Positions 1 to 7,084 of a stretch of DNA of 14,441 nt are shown piece by piece; the first letter of the stretch is position 1; the number at the start of each line of letters is the position of its first letter. Source of the DNA: Promethearchaeota archaeon (GTDB taxonomy: Archaea > Asgardarchaeota > Hermodarchaeia > Hermodarchaeales > Hermodarchaeaceae); contig JBHLPR010000057.1 of assembly GCA_048939245.1 (NCBI GenBank), positions 1 to 14,441 on the forward strand. Reading direction: 5' to 3'. The position numbers were made by a program, and so were the translations under genes. Below the pieces are notes generated by a model that saw only the letters and a program-made list of their open reading frames with translations, did no database searches and was not told the DNA's origin.

Positions 1-1
1 A

Positions 2-1336
2 CCGCTAGAAGCACGAGAGGAAGGAAAAGAATATCCCCTCTTAGGACTGGGACGATGCTATTTCATCCGAAACGATTCAGCACTTATTTTCAAGACCACC
101 CTTCACGAAGATAGAGGCGGGATTGGATTCATCGACTTGACGAATCCACACGAAATTCATCCTGTAAAGGTCACCGGTACACAACATAAGGGGTTAGGTC
201 AACTGGATTGGATGCGCCATATTAGAGACAACCTCTACCTCATTGGATTCAATATTGATGGCTGCAGCTGGGTCTACAAAGCCGAGTTAAATGACAGTTC
301 CACTCCTCCACAATTCCAACTTACCTCGGTTCTCATCGGTAATAAACCCCTAGATAATGGTGTCGAATTGGGAATAGAGGAAGCAATTTCAGCTCAAATC
401 GGAAAAACTAGCGTAGAATACGTAACTGCTTTTACAACTGCCACTTCACCCTCCCAATTATTTCTAATCAATGTTGAGTCAAAAACTCACCCAGTAAGAC
501 AACTCTCAAACGAACGCATCCTTGGAATTGACAAAAAATACTTGGCACCAGGAGAAGATGCCAGCTTCAAGAGCTTTGATGGCTTGCAGATTTCAGCACG
601 ATTATATTTACCATCAAATGAACTGGGATTCAAGAAACCCTATCCACTGATTCTCTATGTGCATGGCGGACCCCAAGGTCAAGAGCGCCCCGATTTCACA
701 TGGTTTTCCATGCCACTCATCCAATACTTCACATTGAATGGATTTGCAGTTTTCGTCCCGAACGTGCGGGGAAGCTCAGGGTATGGACAAGCTTACATGA
801 AGATGGTGGACCGGGATTGGGGAGGCGATGATGCGAAGGATCAGATTGAAGGACTAAAGCACCTTGAGAAAGACAAACGTATTGATTCTAGCCGACGGGC
901 TGTCGTGGGTCGAAGTTATGGAGGGTATATGACATTATGGCTGTCCGCAAACTATCCCGAGTATTGGAAAGCGTCCTGTGACATGTTCGGACCCTATAAT
1001 CTCTTTACCTTCCTTGAGCGCCTTCCCGAAACTTGGCAGACCTATTTCTACCAGGCAGTGGGTCACCCCGAAAAAGACCAAGCCTTTCTTACGGAGCGAT
1101 CCCCAGCAACTCACATGAATAAAGTCAAAGCACCAATGTTGATTATTCAAGGTCGTAATGATCCCAGAGTAGTCGAAGCCGAATCCGCGGATGTCGTGAC
1201 AAAACTGCAAAAACAGGGTGTTGAAGTCGAATACCTTGTTTTCGAGGATGAGGGGCATGGGTTCGGGAAAGTTCCAAACCTGATTAAAGCATACAAGAGC
1301 ATCGTCGCTTTCTTCCGAAAACATTTGATGAGCTAA
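2..1336 (+). CDS. S9 family (prolyl oligopeptidase / acylaminoacyl peptidase-like) serine peptidase, 5'-truncated by the window edge
   Basis: The frame is open from position 2 (PLEAREEGKEYPLLGLG...), so the TTG at 137 is probably internal. Motifs: oxyanion-region HGGP, NVRGSSGYG, nucleophile G-R-S-Y-G-G, catalytic Asp in QGRNDPRV and His in DEGHG. Confidence 0.93.
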   Translation, partial: PLEAREEGKEYPLLGLGRCYFIRNDSALIFKTTLHEDRGGIGFIDLTNPHEIHPVKVTGTQHKGLGQLDWMRHIRDNLYLIGFNIDGCSWVYKAELNDSSTPPQFQLTSVLIGNKPLDNGVELGIEEAISAQIGKTSVEYVTAFTTATSPSQLFLINVESKTHPVRQLSNERILGIDKKYLAPGEDASFKSFDGLQISARLYLPSNELGFKKPYPLILYVHGGPQGQERPDFTWFSMPLIQYFTLNGFAVFVPNVRGSSGYGQAYMKMVDRDWGGDDAKDQIEGLKHLEKDKRIDSSRRAVVGRSYGGYMTLWLSANYPEYWKASCDMFGPYNLFTFLERLPETWQTYFYQAVGHPEKDQAFLTERSPATHMNKVKAPMLIIQGRNDPRVVEAESADVVTKLQKQGVEVEYLVFEDEGHGFGKVPNLIKAYKSIVAFFRKHLMS

Positions 1337-1412
1337 TTAGGGAGCCAGGACCTGGTTCTTTCACCCTATTTTGGTTCGACAATTAACGATTCTTTTCATT
1401 AAGTAACGGCAA

Positions 1413-1424
1413 GCTTTATAACGG
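1413..1424 (+). promoter_or_regulatory. Candidate TATA box (TTTATAA 1415-1421) upstream of the DUF92 gene, within the motif GCTTTATAACGG
   Basis: Archaeal TATA-like sequence in a 200-bp intergenic region, with imperfect AACGG(C)AA direct repeats at 1405, 1420 and 1438. Confidence 0.4.
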
Positions 1425-1536
1425 AATTAAGGTCGAGAACGGCAATTAGAACCATACCCATCGCGATCTATTCCCAACGAAACCCTACCCGCTCTTTAGT
1501 AACTATTTGACAGTAAACAGACAGAGTTGACAGCCC

Positions 1537-2490
1537 ATGATAATGCTTGACTCACTGAGTATTCTAATCGCCTTGGTTGTTATGGCTTTCCTCGCGATTA
1601 TTGCATACAAGGGAAGAATAGTTACGAAGTCCGGACTTGTCGCTGCATTCTTTCTAGGTCTTATAGTCTGGTTGCTCACATCATGGACTTGGTTCTTGAT
1701 TCTGCTAGTTTTCTTCGTGGTCACTGCTCAGTTTACCCATTATAAATACAAGATTAAACGTCGACATGGCGCTGCACAGGAGAAGGGAGGTGCACGAGAC
1801 TGGTCGCATGTTCTTGCAAATGGCGGATTACCGTTGAGCATTGTGCTAGCCGGTATTTTGGCCATTCTGATTTTTGGCCAGATTGACGCCTATGGTCGAC
1901 TTGAAGTAGGTTTTGGGCACATGGTGCTTCCTGCATCGTTGGTGATTGCCCTTGCCTTTGTTGCGTTTTTAGGGGCGGTCGCCACCGCGACTGCTGATAC
2001 TTTGGCTACGGAAATTGGGTTATTAAATCCTGCACCTCCACGCTTAATTACGAACCTGAATGAAGTTGTTCCTCCAGGAACCTCAGGGGGCGTATCTGTT
2101 GCGGGAGAACTAGCCACGGTGCTGGGCACGTTGTTAATCGGTGGAATTGCTGCACTCCTTGCAGCGCCGTTCTGGATTAATTTGTTTGGGACTACATTAA
2201 TGCCTGAACTGGCAGGAATCGCCCCAGTGACTTTTATCTTGATCGCAATGGCAGGTGGAATCGTGGGTTGCACCATTGATAGCATCTTAGGAGCCACAGC
2301 CCAAGGGCATTGGACATGCAATGTCTGTGGGAAACAAACTGAGAAGAAAAACCATTGTGGAGAAAAAGCCACCTATCTTCGTGGGAATCGGCATTTGGAC
2401 AACCACATGGTGAATATGATCTCATGTTTACTTGGAGCCTGTGTAGCCATTGGACTATTTTTACTCCTACTGGGAATTGGCTTTGTATAG
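1537..2490 (+). CDS. DUF92 / COG1836 (TMEM19, VTE6-like) integral membrane protein with a Zn-ribbon-like CNVC...HC segment
   Basis: Multiple TM helices. Family motifs GGARDWSHVLANGG, ATADTLATEIG, PRLIT...VPPGTSGGVS and DSILGATAQ, plus CxxC...HCG and DNHMVN. Confidence 0.9.
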   Translation: MIMLDSLSILIALVVMAFLAIIAYKGRIVTKSGLVAAFFLGLIVWLLTSWTWFLILLVFFVVTAQFTHYKYKIKRRHGAAQEKGGARDWSHVLANGGLPLSIVLAGILAILIFGQIDAYGRLEVGFGHMVLPASLVIALAFVAFLGAVATATADTLATEIGLLNPAPPRLITNLNEVVPPGTSGGVSVAGELATVLGTLLIGGIAALLAAPFWINLFGTTLMPELAGIAPVTFILIAMAGGIVGCTIDSILGATAQGHWTCNVCGKQTEKKNHCGEKATYLRGNRHLDNHMVNMISCLLGACVAIGLFLLLLGIGFV

Positions 2491-2571
2491 ACTATCAGCC
2501 AAGCTGGATGAAAGGAGCACTTTGAGAGATAGGAAGTGTGCTTTCAGTCTTTTGAAAGTGCCGTGAAAAAA

Positions 2572-3237
2572 CTAGACAAGCTGAATGTTGTCTAGATCAT
2601 CGATACGAAGTTTTTTAACACGAGTTGCGGTGTTGAGCACTTGTTCAAGTTCCTTTTGATCGACATCGAGGGTGAAATGTTGTTTTAATCCAGCAATAAT
2701 TTCTTTGATAGTAAGTGTCCGTTTCTTATCGCCATCGAAGAGTTTGATAGTAAGATTCCGTAGATCCTCGAAGCGGTTCCAGAACCAAATGAACCAAACC
2801 CATTCAGACTGCTTTACCGAATAGTAATCGGGTTCATACTCTGAGACCGTCAAATAGAGCATTACGGCGCTTTTGACCTCTTTGGCACCAAGACTGTTGA
2901 CGTAGTTGAGGGTTTGGATAGCTGAACGACCGGTATCAACGATGTCATCGATGATGAGAACGCGTTTTCCTTTGACAGGTAGCGGGGATTGAATTGGAAT
3001 GACGGCATCTTCTTGGTGTTCAGCGGTGGTGTCTAGCCAATGTTCGACTTTCAGGGCATAGAGGTTGGGGTTGCCTAGGAAGTCAGACATTAAGCGACCG
3101 GGGACAAAGCCGCTTCTAGCAATGGCTAAAAGGAGTTCAGGTTCGTAACCAGATTCGGTCACTTTGAAGGCTAGCTGCTTTGACATATCATAGATTTCGT
3201 CAAAGTCGACGAATTGACATTTAATAGGCTCAACCAT
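2572..3237 (-). CDS. Type I phosphoribosyltransferase (archaeal purine PRT-like) with a C-terminal helical extension
   Basis: PRPP-binding motif VLIIDDIVDTGRS, AIARSGFVPGRL and an EPDYY...WVWFIWFWN segment. SD-like AGGAG at 3251-3247 (minus strand). Confidence 0.9.
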   Translation of the reverse strand: MVEPIKCQFVDFDEIYDMSKQLAFKVTESGYEPELLLAIARSGFVPGRLMSDFLGNPNLYALKVEHWLDTTAEHQEDAVIPIQSPLPVKGKRVLIIDDIVDTGRSAIQTLNYVNSLGAKEVKSAVMLYLTVSEYEPDYYSVKQSEWVWFIWFWNRFEDLRNLTIKLFDGDKKRTLTIKEIIAGLKQHFTLDVDQKELEQVLNTATRVKKLRIDDLDNIQLV

Positions 3238-3285
3238 GAGACACAGCTCCTAATGAGCAGGCACGTGCCCACAAGGTTGCACCTG

Positions 3286-3292
3286 CATAAAA
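3286..3292 (-). promoter_or_regulatory. Candidate TATA box (TTTTATG) for the PRT gene
   Basis: Lies ~49 nt upstream of the ATG. The identical heptamer precedes two other minus-strand genes (4325-4331, 6002-6008). Confidence 0.45.
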
Positions 3293-3304
3293 GTGTCTAG
3301 CCTA

Positions 3305-4303
3305 TTAGATACTGGTGAAATGCTTGAGCACATATAATGCCCGAAGGGTAATCCATTTTGAGGGGTTATTCTTTTGCTCAATGTCATGCCAGAACTTGCC
3401 ATTGAATGTGTGTTTTAACAACCATTTGCCATCGGGTTGCTGGGCATGAATGATCACATCAAGCGATTCTTGAATTCGAGGATCTCTGACGCCTAATCGA
3501 ACGAAAGTGCTGAGAACATCTAAGATATCGGAATTGTAAAAGATCGGAAATCCGAAGCGTTTCCACCCAGTCTTTTCCTTTCGGCTTCCATCAGGATTCC
3601 GAAGATACTTGTAGATTTGATTCTCTAAAATTACCTCAACGATTTGGTCAATGATTTTGTTGATTTTAGGGGAACGGTGTTCTGGTGGAAAGACTGAGAA
3701 TCCCTTGAGAACTTTGCAAAGCCCCATATAGCAAGCCTGGGGAAAGACGCCGTCAGGGTTGATTGGGTAAGCGCGGCATTTCCAGCCCCTAGCAGCAGGA
3801 TCATAATGGTCTATAAGAAATTGGATGGTTTTCTGGGTCCGAGGGTCATCAAGGTAGCCAAAGCGAGACAGATAATAGAGAATATTTGCATCAAGACAAC
3901 AGGTATCTCCGATTTTACTTGCATACCCGCGTGGGGTTTTCGGAAGTGTGGTCCTGAAGTGTCCGGAATTAAGTTGAAATTTAAAGAGGTGTTCAATTCC
4001 CTGTTTGATTTCCGGTATAGAGGGAACACCTAATTCCGCGAGTATGAGAAGGGTGTGGGTGGTGGCTTTGTATTTGTGGGCATAGATTGTATTAGGTAAA
4101 TCCCAGTAGCCTCCAGGAGCTTGGGCTTGAAGAAAAGCTTTGACAAGAGAGGATTGAAGGATCGCTTTCTGGGTTTTTTGCACTTCGGAATCCGAAATGA
4201 GTTTATCCTGAAGAAGGTGGAGTGCCCAAAACCGTACACTAGGATTTGATGGCTCAAGGAGCCAATCGATAACCTCTGGACGGGCGAGCTTATGATAGTT
4301 CAT
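3305..4303 (-). CDS. Prenyltransferase/squalene-oxidase-repeat (alpha/alpha toroid) protein of unknown function
   Basis: N-terminal IDWLLEPSNPSVR, QW-like repeats AQAPGGYW, FQLNSGHF and AQQPDGKW, FGFPIFYNSDILDVL and C-terminal PSKWITLRAL. I prefer the ATG at 4303 because the ATG at 4327 lies inside a TATA-like box. Confidence 0.8.
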   Translation of the reverse strand: MNYHKLARPEVIDWLLEPSNPSVRFWALHLLQDKLISDSEVQKTQKAILQSSLVKAFLQAQAPGGYWDLPNTIYAHKYKATTHTLLILAELGVPSIPEIKQGIEHLFKFQLNSGHFRTTLPKTPRGYASKIGDTCCLDANILYYLSRFGYLDDPRTQKTIQFLIDHYDPAARGWKCRAYPINPDGVFPQACYMGLCKVLKGFSVFPPEHRSPKINKIIDQIVEVILENQIYKYLRNPDGSRKEKTGWKRFGFPIFYNSDILDVLSTFVRLGVRDPRIQESLDVIIHAQQPDGKWLLKHTFNGKFWHDIEQKNNPSKWITLRALYVLKHFTSI

Positions 4304-4324
4304 GAGTAGGAATAGGGACTGGAA

Positions 4325-4331
4325 CATAAAA
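4325..4331 (-). promoter_or_regulatory. Candidate TATA box (TTTTATG) implying a leaderless transcript starting near ATG 4303
   Basis: The box ends 22 nt before ATG 4303, a spacing typical of leaderless archaeal mRNAs. Confidence 0.45.
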
Positions 4332-4377
4332 GGGTGAAGCCTTTAATGCTGCAAACAGGTCTGGACGTTCCAGTTCT

Positions 4378-5190
4378 TTATACAGCCCCTTCAAGGGCTT
4401 TTCTGCATTGACATTTGTCTTGTTTTATTGACATATGGGGGATGACTTCGTTAAGAAGTTTTTTGACCTTCCCAAGGTTTTCGGCCATTGTCTTTTGGAC
4501 TTCCCCATGACTTACTGGTTTCTCTGCATAGACATCATAATCTGTAATCATGGAAACATTGGTGAAGCAGATTTGTGCTTCCCGGGCAAGATAGACTTCC
4601 GGATGCAGAGTCATTCCAATGATATCGAAACCTTGGGCCCTATAGAAATGGGATTCAGCAATGGTTGAAAATTGGGGCCCCTCAATCGTGATGATGGTCC
4701 CCTTGTAGTGATGAGGAAGTTTGAGGGCTTTAGCTTTCTTGGCGATGAAGCTGGAGAGCTCGGGACAAAAGGGTTCAGCCATGGAGACGTGTGCCACGAG
4801 TCCTTCTTCAAAGAAAGTTCGTTTTCGGCTTCGAGTCCAATCTACGGCTTGGTCTGGGATGAAAAGATCACCCGGCTTGATTTCATCTTGAAGACTGCCC
4901 ACTGCAGAGACTGTGATGAGCCGTGTTACGCCCAATGATTTAAGGGCCCAAATGTTCGCCCTGTAATTAACCAGATGGGGCGGATAACTATGGCTTCGAC
5001 CATGACGAGGGATGAACGCAACGCGGCGATTTTGTAAGGAGCCGACCATGATCTTATCGGAAGGCGTTCCGAAGGGTGTATAGATTTTGTATTCTTTGAT
5101 ATCAGTGAACACTTCTGGATCGTATACTCCGGTTCCACCAATCATGCCGATTGTGACATTTTCAGGAGGTTTGACAAGCATTTCGTTCAC
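4378..5190 (-). CDS. mtnP: S-methyl-5'-thioadenosine phosphorylase (PNP/MTAP family 2)
   Basis: IGMIGGTG, TPFGTPSD, PRHGRSH..PPHLVNYRANIWAL, SAVGSL, HVSMAEPFCP, IEGPQFST.AES, GMT..PE..LARE and TDYD. The start is GTG 5190 or ATG 5181. Confidence 0.93.
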   Translation of the reverse strand: MNEMLVKPPENVTIGMIGGTGVYDPEVFTDIKEYKIYTPFGTPSDKIMVGSLQNRRVAFIPRHGRSHSYPPHLVNYRANIWALKSLGVTRLITVSAVGSLQDEIKPGDLFIPDQAVDWTRSRKRTFFEEGLVAHVSMAEPFCPELSSFIAKKAKALKLPHHYKGTIITIEGPQFSTIAESHFYRAQGFDIIGMTLHPEVYLAREAQICFTNVSMITDYDVYAEKPVSHGEVQKTMAENLGKVKKLLNEVIPHMSIKQDKCQCRKALEGAV

Positions 5191-5296
5191 ATCGATTCGA
5201 TGATTTATGAGTATGACGGAAAAAGGAAAGGATGTTCTGCTCTTAAGTCTGTATGGTCAGCCAAATAGCTCTCTCTAATTCGGGTAAATGTGTACA

Positions 5297-5953
5297 TTAC
5301 CCCACCAATTGGAAAAGAATTACAAAGAACATTCCCAAGCAAAAGATTACAATTGAAAGAGGAATGTCCAAGCGATTGAATCGCCCAAGTGGAACAAGGA
5401 AGGATGCTTGTTTTTTATAGGCGATGTATTGATCACCAAATTCTTTTGTAAGGTATGACTCTTCAATAAGTGCTAAGATCACATAGATAGCAAACTGAAC
5501 GAACCAAAGGGCAACTGTAGCTTCTTTGGATAACCAGCCCATTCCAAAAGTATTGGAAAGCCACCAGTAGCAATAAGCGGTAAAGCCAAGGGTCATTAGT
5601 AGAAACCCAGCATATTGGGGATGGCGAATGTAGCGATAGAGCCCGGTGGTTACTAATCCGTCTTTTTTATGGCGCTGAAAATAGATTAGTGAATACAATG
5701 CAATGAGAAGGCCCAGGATTGTTAGGAGATTGGCGATGAAAACACTCACCGACATAAGGCTCATTAGAAGAAATTCGGAAATCGCTCCAATAATACTCCA
5801 CGGAAACTGGGTAATAAGAATTACAAGCATCGTTAACAATGGCAGGGTCATTAGACCTGTATAGATACCCAATGTTGGAATCTGTTGAACAAGTGGTATG
5901 AGGTATCCGCTGATGCGAAGGAAAGTGGTACGAATTTTCTGGACTACCGTAAT
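5297..5953 (-). CDS. Isoprenylcysteine carboxyl methyltransferase (ICMT/PEMT) family membrane methyltransferase; start uncertain (TTG 5872 or ATT 5953)
   Basis: LVTTGLYRYIRHPQYAG and EESYLTKEFGDQYIAYKKQ motifs with several TM helices. The frame stays open upstream of 5872 up to a TGA at 5983-5981. Confidence 0.8.
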   Translation of the reverse strand: MTVVQKIRTTFLRISGYLIPLVQQIPTLGIYTGLMTLPLLTMLVILITQFPWSIIGAISEFLLMSLMSVSVFIANLLTILGLLIALYSLIYFQRHKKDGLVTTGLYRYIRHPQYAGFLLMTLGFTAYCYWWLSNTFGMGWLSKEATVALWFVQFAIYVILALIEESYLTKEFGDQYIAYKKQASFLVPLGRFNRLDIPLSIVIFCLGMFFVILFQLVG

Positions 5954-6001
5954 TTTGATCTCCCGTAGAACATCTTTGCTTCATTTTGCATACTCCGCGC
6001 T

Positions 6002-6008
6002 CATAAAA
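6002..6008 (-). promoter_or_regulatory. Candidate TATA box (TTTTATG) with an A-rich BRE-like upstream segment for the ICMT-family gene
   Basis: The minus strand reads AAAAATATAG-TTTTATG in the divergent intergenic region. Confidence 0.45.
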
Positions 6009-6021
6009 CTATATTTTTGAA

Positions 6022-6042
6022 CAGACCAAATTTTACGGTCTG
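6022..6042. promoter_or_regulatory. Inverted repeat CAGACC-N9-GGTCTG, candidate operator
   Basis: Perfect 6-bp arms in the divergent region between the methyltransferase and the wHTH regulator. Confidence 0.4.
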
Positions 6043-6134
6043 AATATTGATAGCCGAAACCTGATTATTAATGAGCAAGTTCGAGAAGATAATTGTTAGA
6101 CATTCTCTAACCATTCAACTGAGAGTGAATTGCG

Positions 6135-6590
6135 TTGAGCCAAGAAGCAGATCAAAAACGGAGTCGAAAGCTCGATTTAGAATCTGAACTGCGCGGAAGA
6201 ACACTCCGCGTATATTTCGAGCTTTTATCCGCGAGAGAGCCCGTAGGTCCCCGTGAATTACAACGGAAGCTGAGCTTATCTTCCCCGAGCCTTGCAGCAT
6301 ATCACTTAGACAAATTAACTGAGCTGGGATTGGTACGCCGTGAGCGTGGAGAGTACATGGTGGAAGAGGTGGTGCAAGTCGGCGTTCTGAAACAGTTTAT
6401 CTGGGTGGGTCATCGAGCTCTGCCACGGCACCTATTCTATGCGGCATTTTTTTCAACCGCGCTTATCATCTTCCTAATAGTATATCCGCAGCATTTGACA
6501 TTTGGAAATCTTGCAGCTTGGCTCTTTGGAGGAAGTGCTTCAGCCTTGTTATGGTTTGAAACCTGGCGTGCGTATAAAACACGTCCATGA
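6135..6590 (+). CDS. Winged-HTH (ArsR-like) transcriptional regulator with two C-terminal TM helices
   Basis: LRGRTLRVYFELL...GPRELQRKLSLSSPSLAAYHLDKLTELGLVRRERGEY (HTH plus wing), then hydrophobic LFYAAFFSTALIIFLIVY and LAAWLFGGSASALLWFETW. TTG start. Confidence 0.85.
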   Translation: MSQEADQKRSRKLDLESELRGRTLRVYFELLSAREPVGPRELQRKLSLSSPSLAAYHLDKLTELGLVRRERGEYMVEEVVQVGVLKQFIWVGHRALPRHLFYAAFFSTALIIFLIVYPQHLTFGNLAAWLFGGSASALLWFETWRAYKTRP

Positions 6591-6650
6591 GAAGAGTGTT
6601 CTAAACTGTAGTCTAATATGGAAGTAAACCCCTAAGAAAGGTGAAATAAA

Positions 6651-6968
6651 GTGTCCAAACGCGAGCCCAAGAAACGATATTGGCGACGAGGAATCTATCT
6701 TATCGCTGGTATTTGTGTAGGAATAACGGTTATGCTATTGCCCGTCCTAGTCCACAACATGATGGGCTCGGCTTCGCCATTTTTCACTAGCTTCACAGAT
6801 TTCCGCATCGTTGCTTCTGAAACGATTCAATCTCCGATTGATGCAATTCTTGAACTTATCTGGCTCGCACTTCCTGGTATTTTTGTAATCTTGGTTCTTT
6901 CCTGGATTGCTAGCCGTCGAACCCGATGGTCAGGTTATGATGAAGCTGTGAAATGGACGCGCCGCTAA
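6651..6968 (+). CDS. Small 2-TM membrane protein, hypothetical
   Basis: GTG start preceded by SD-like AAGGTGA (6638-6644). Basic N-terminus, two hydrophobic helices and a basic C-terminus fit the positive-inside rule. Confidence 0.75.
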   Translation: MSKREPKKRYWRRGIYLIAGICVGITVMLLPVLVHNMMGSASPFFTSFTDFRIVASETIQSPIDAILELIWLALPGIFVILVLSWIASRRTRWSGYDEAVKWTRR

Positions 6969-7084
6969 TAGCCAAATAATTAAAGAGGATTATCTCATTC
7001 AAACCATTACAAAGTTAAGGAACAGGCTATTCTTGACTCCAAGAAAATAGTCATAATCATGTATAATGACCGAGGAAGTTAATT

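Noticed and set aside
935-1324. 129-aa minus-strand ORF
   Set aside because: Antisense shadow of the S9 catalytic domain with no motifs.
1503-2425. Four minus-strand ORFs over the DUF92 gene
   Set aside because: Antisense to a well-supported gene; composition reflects the complement of hydrophobic codons.
3806-5141. Short ORFs overlapping the toroid and mtnP genes
   Set aside because: Fully nested alternative or antisense frames without recognisable features.
5667-5984. 105-aa minus-strand ORF overlapping the ICMT gene
   Set aside because: Out-of-frame overlap with non-protein-like composition; only its ATG is relevant to the start-site question.
6115-6300. 61-aa minus-strand ORF
   Set aside because: Antisense to the wHTH regulator.
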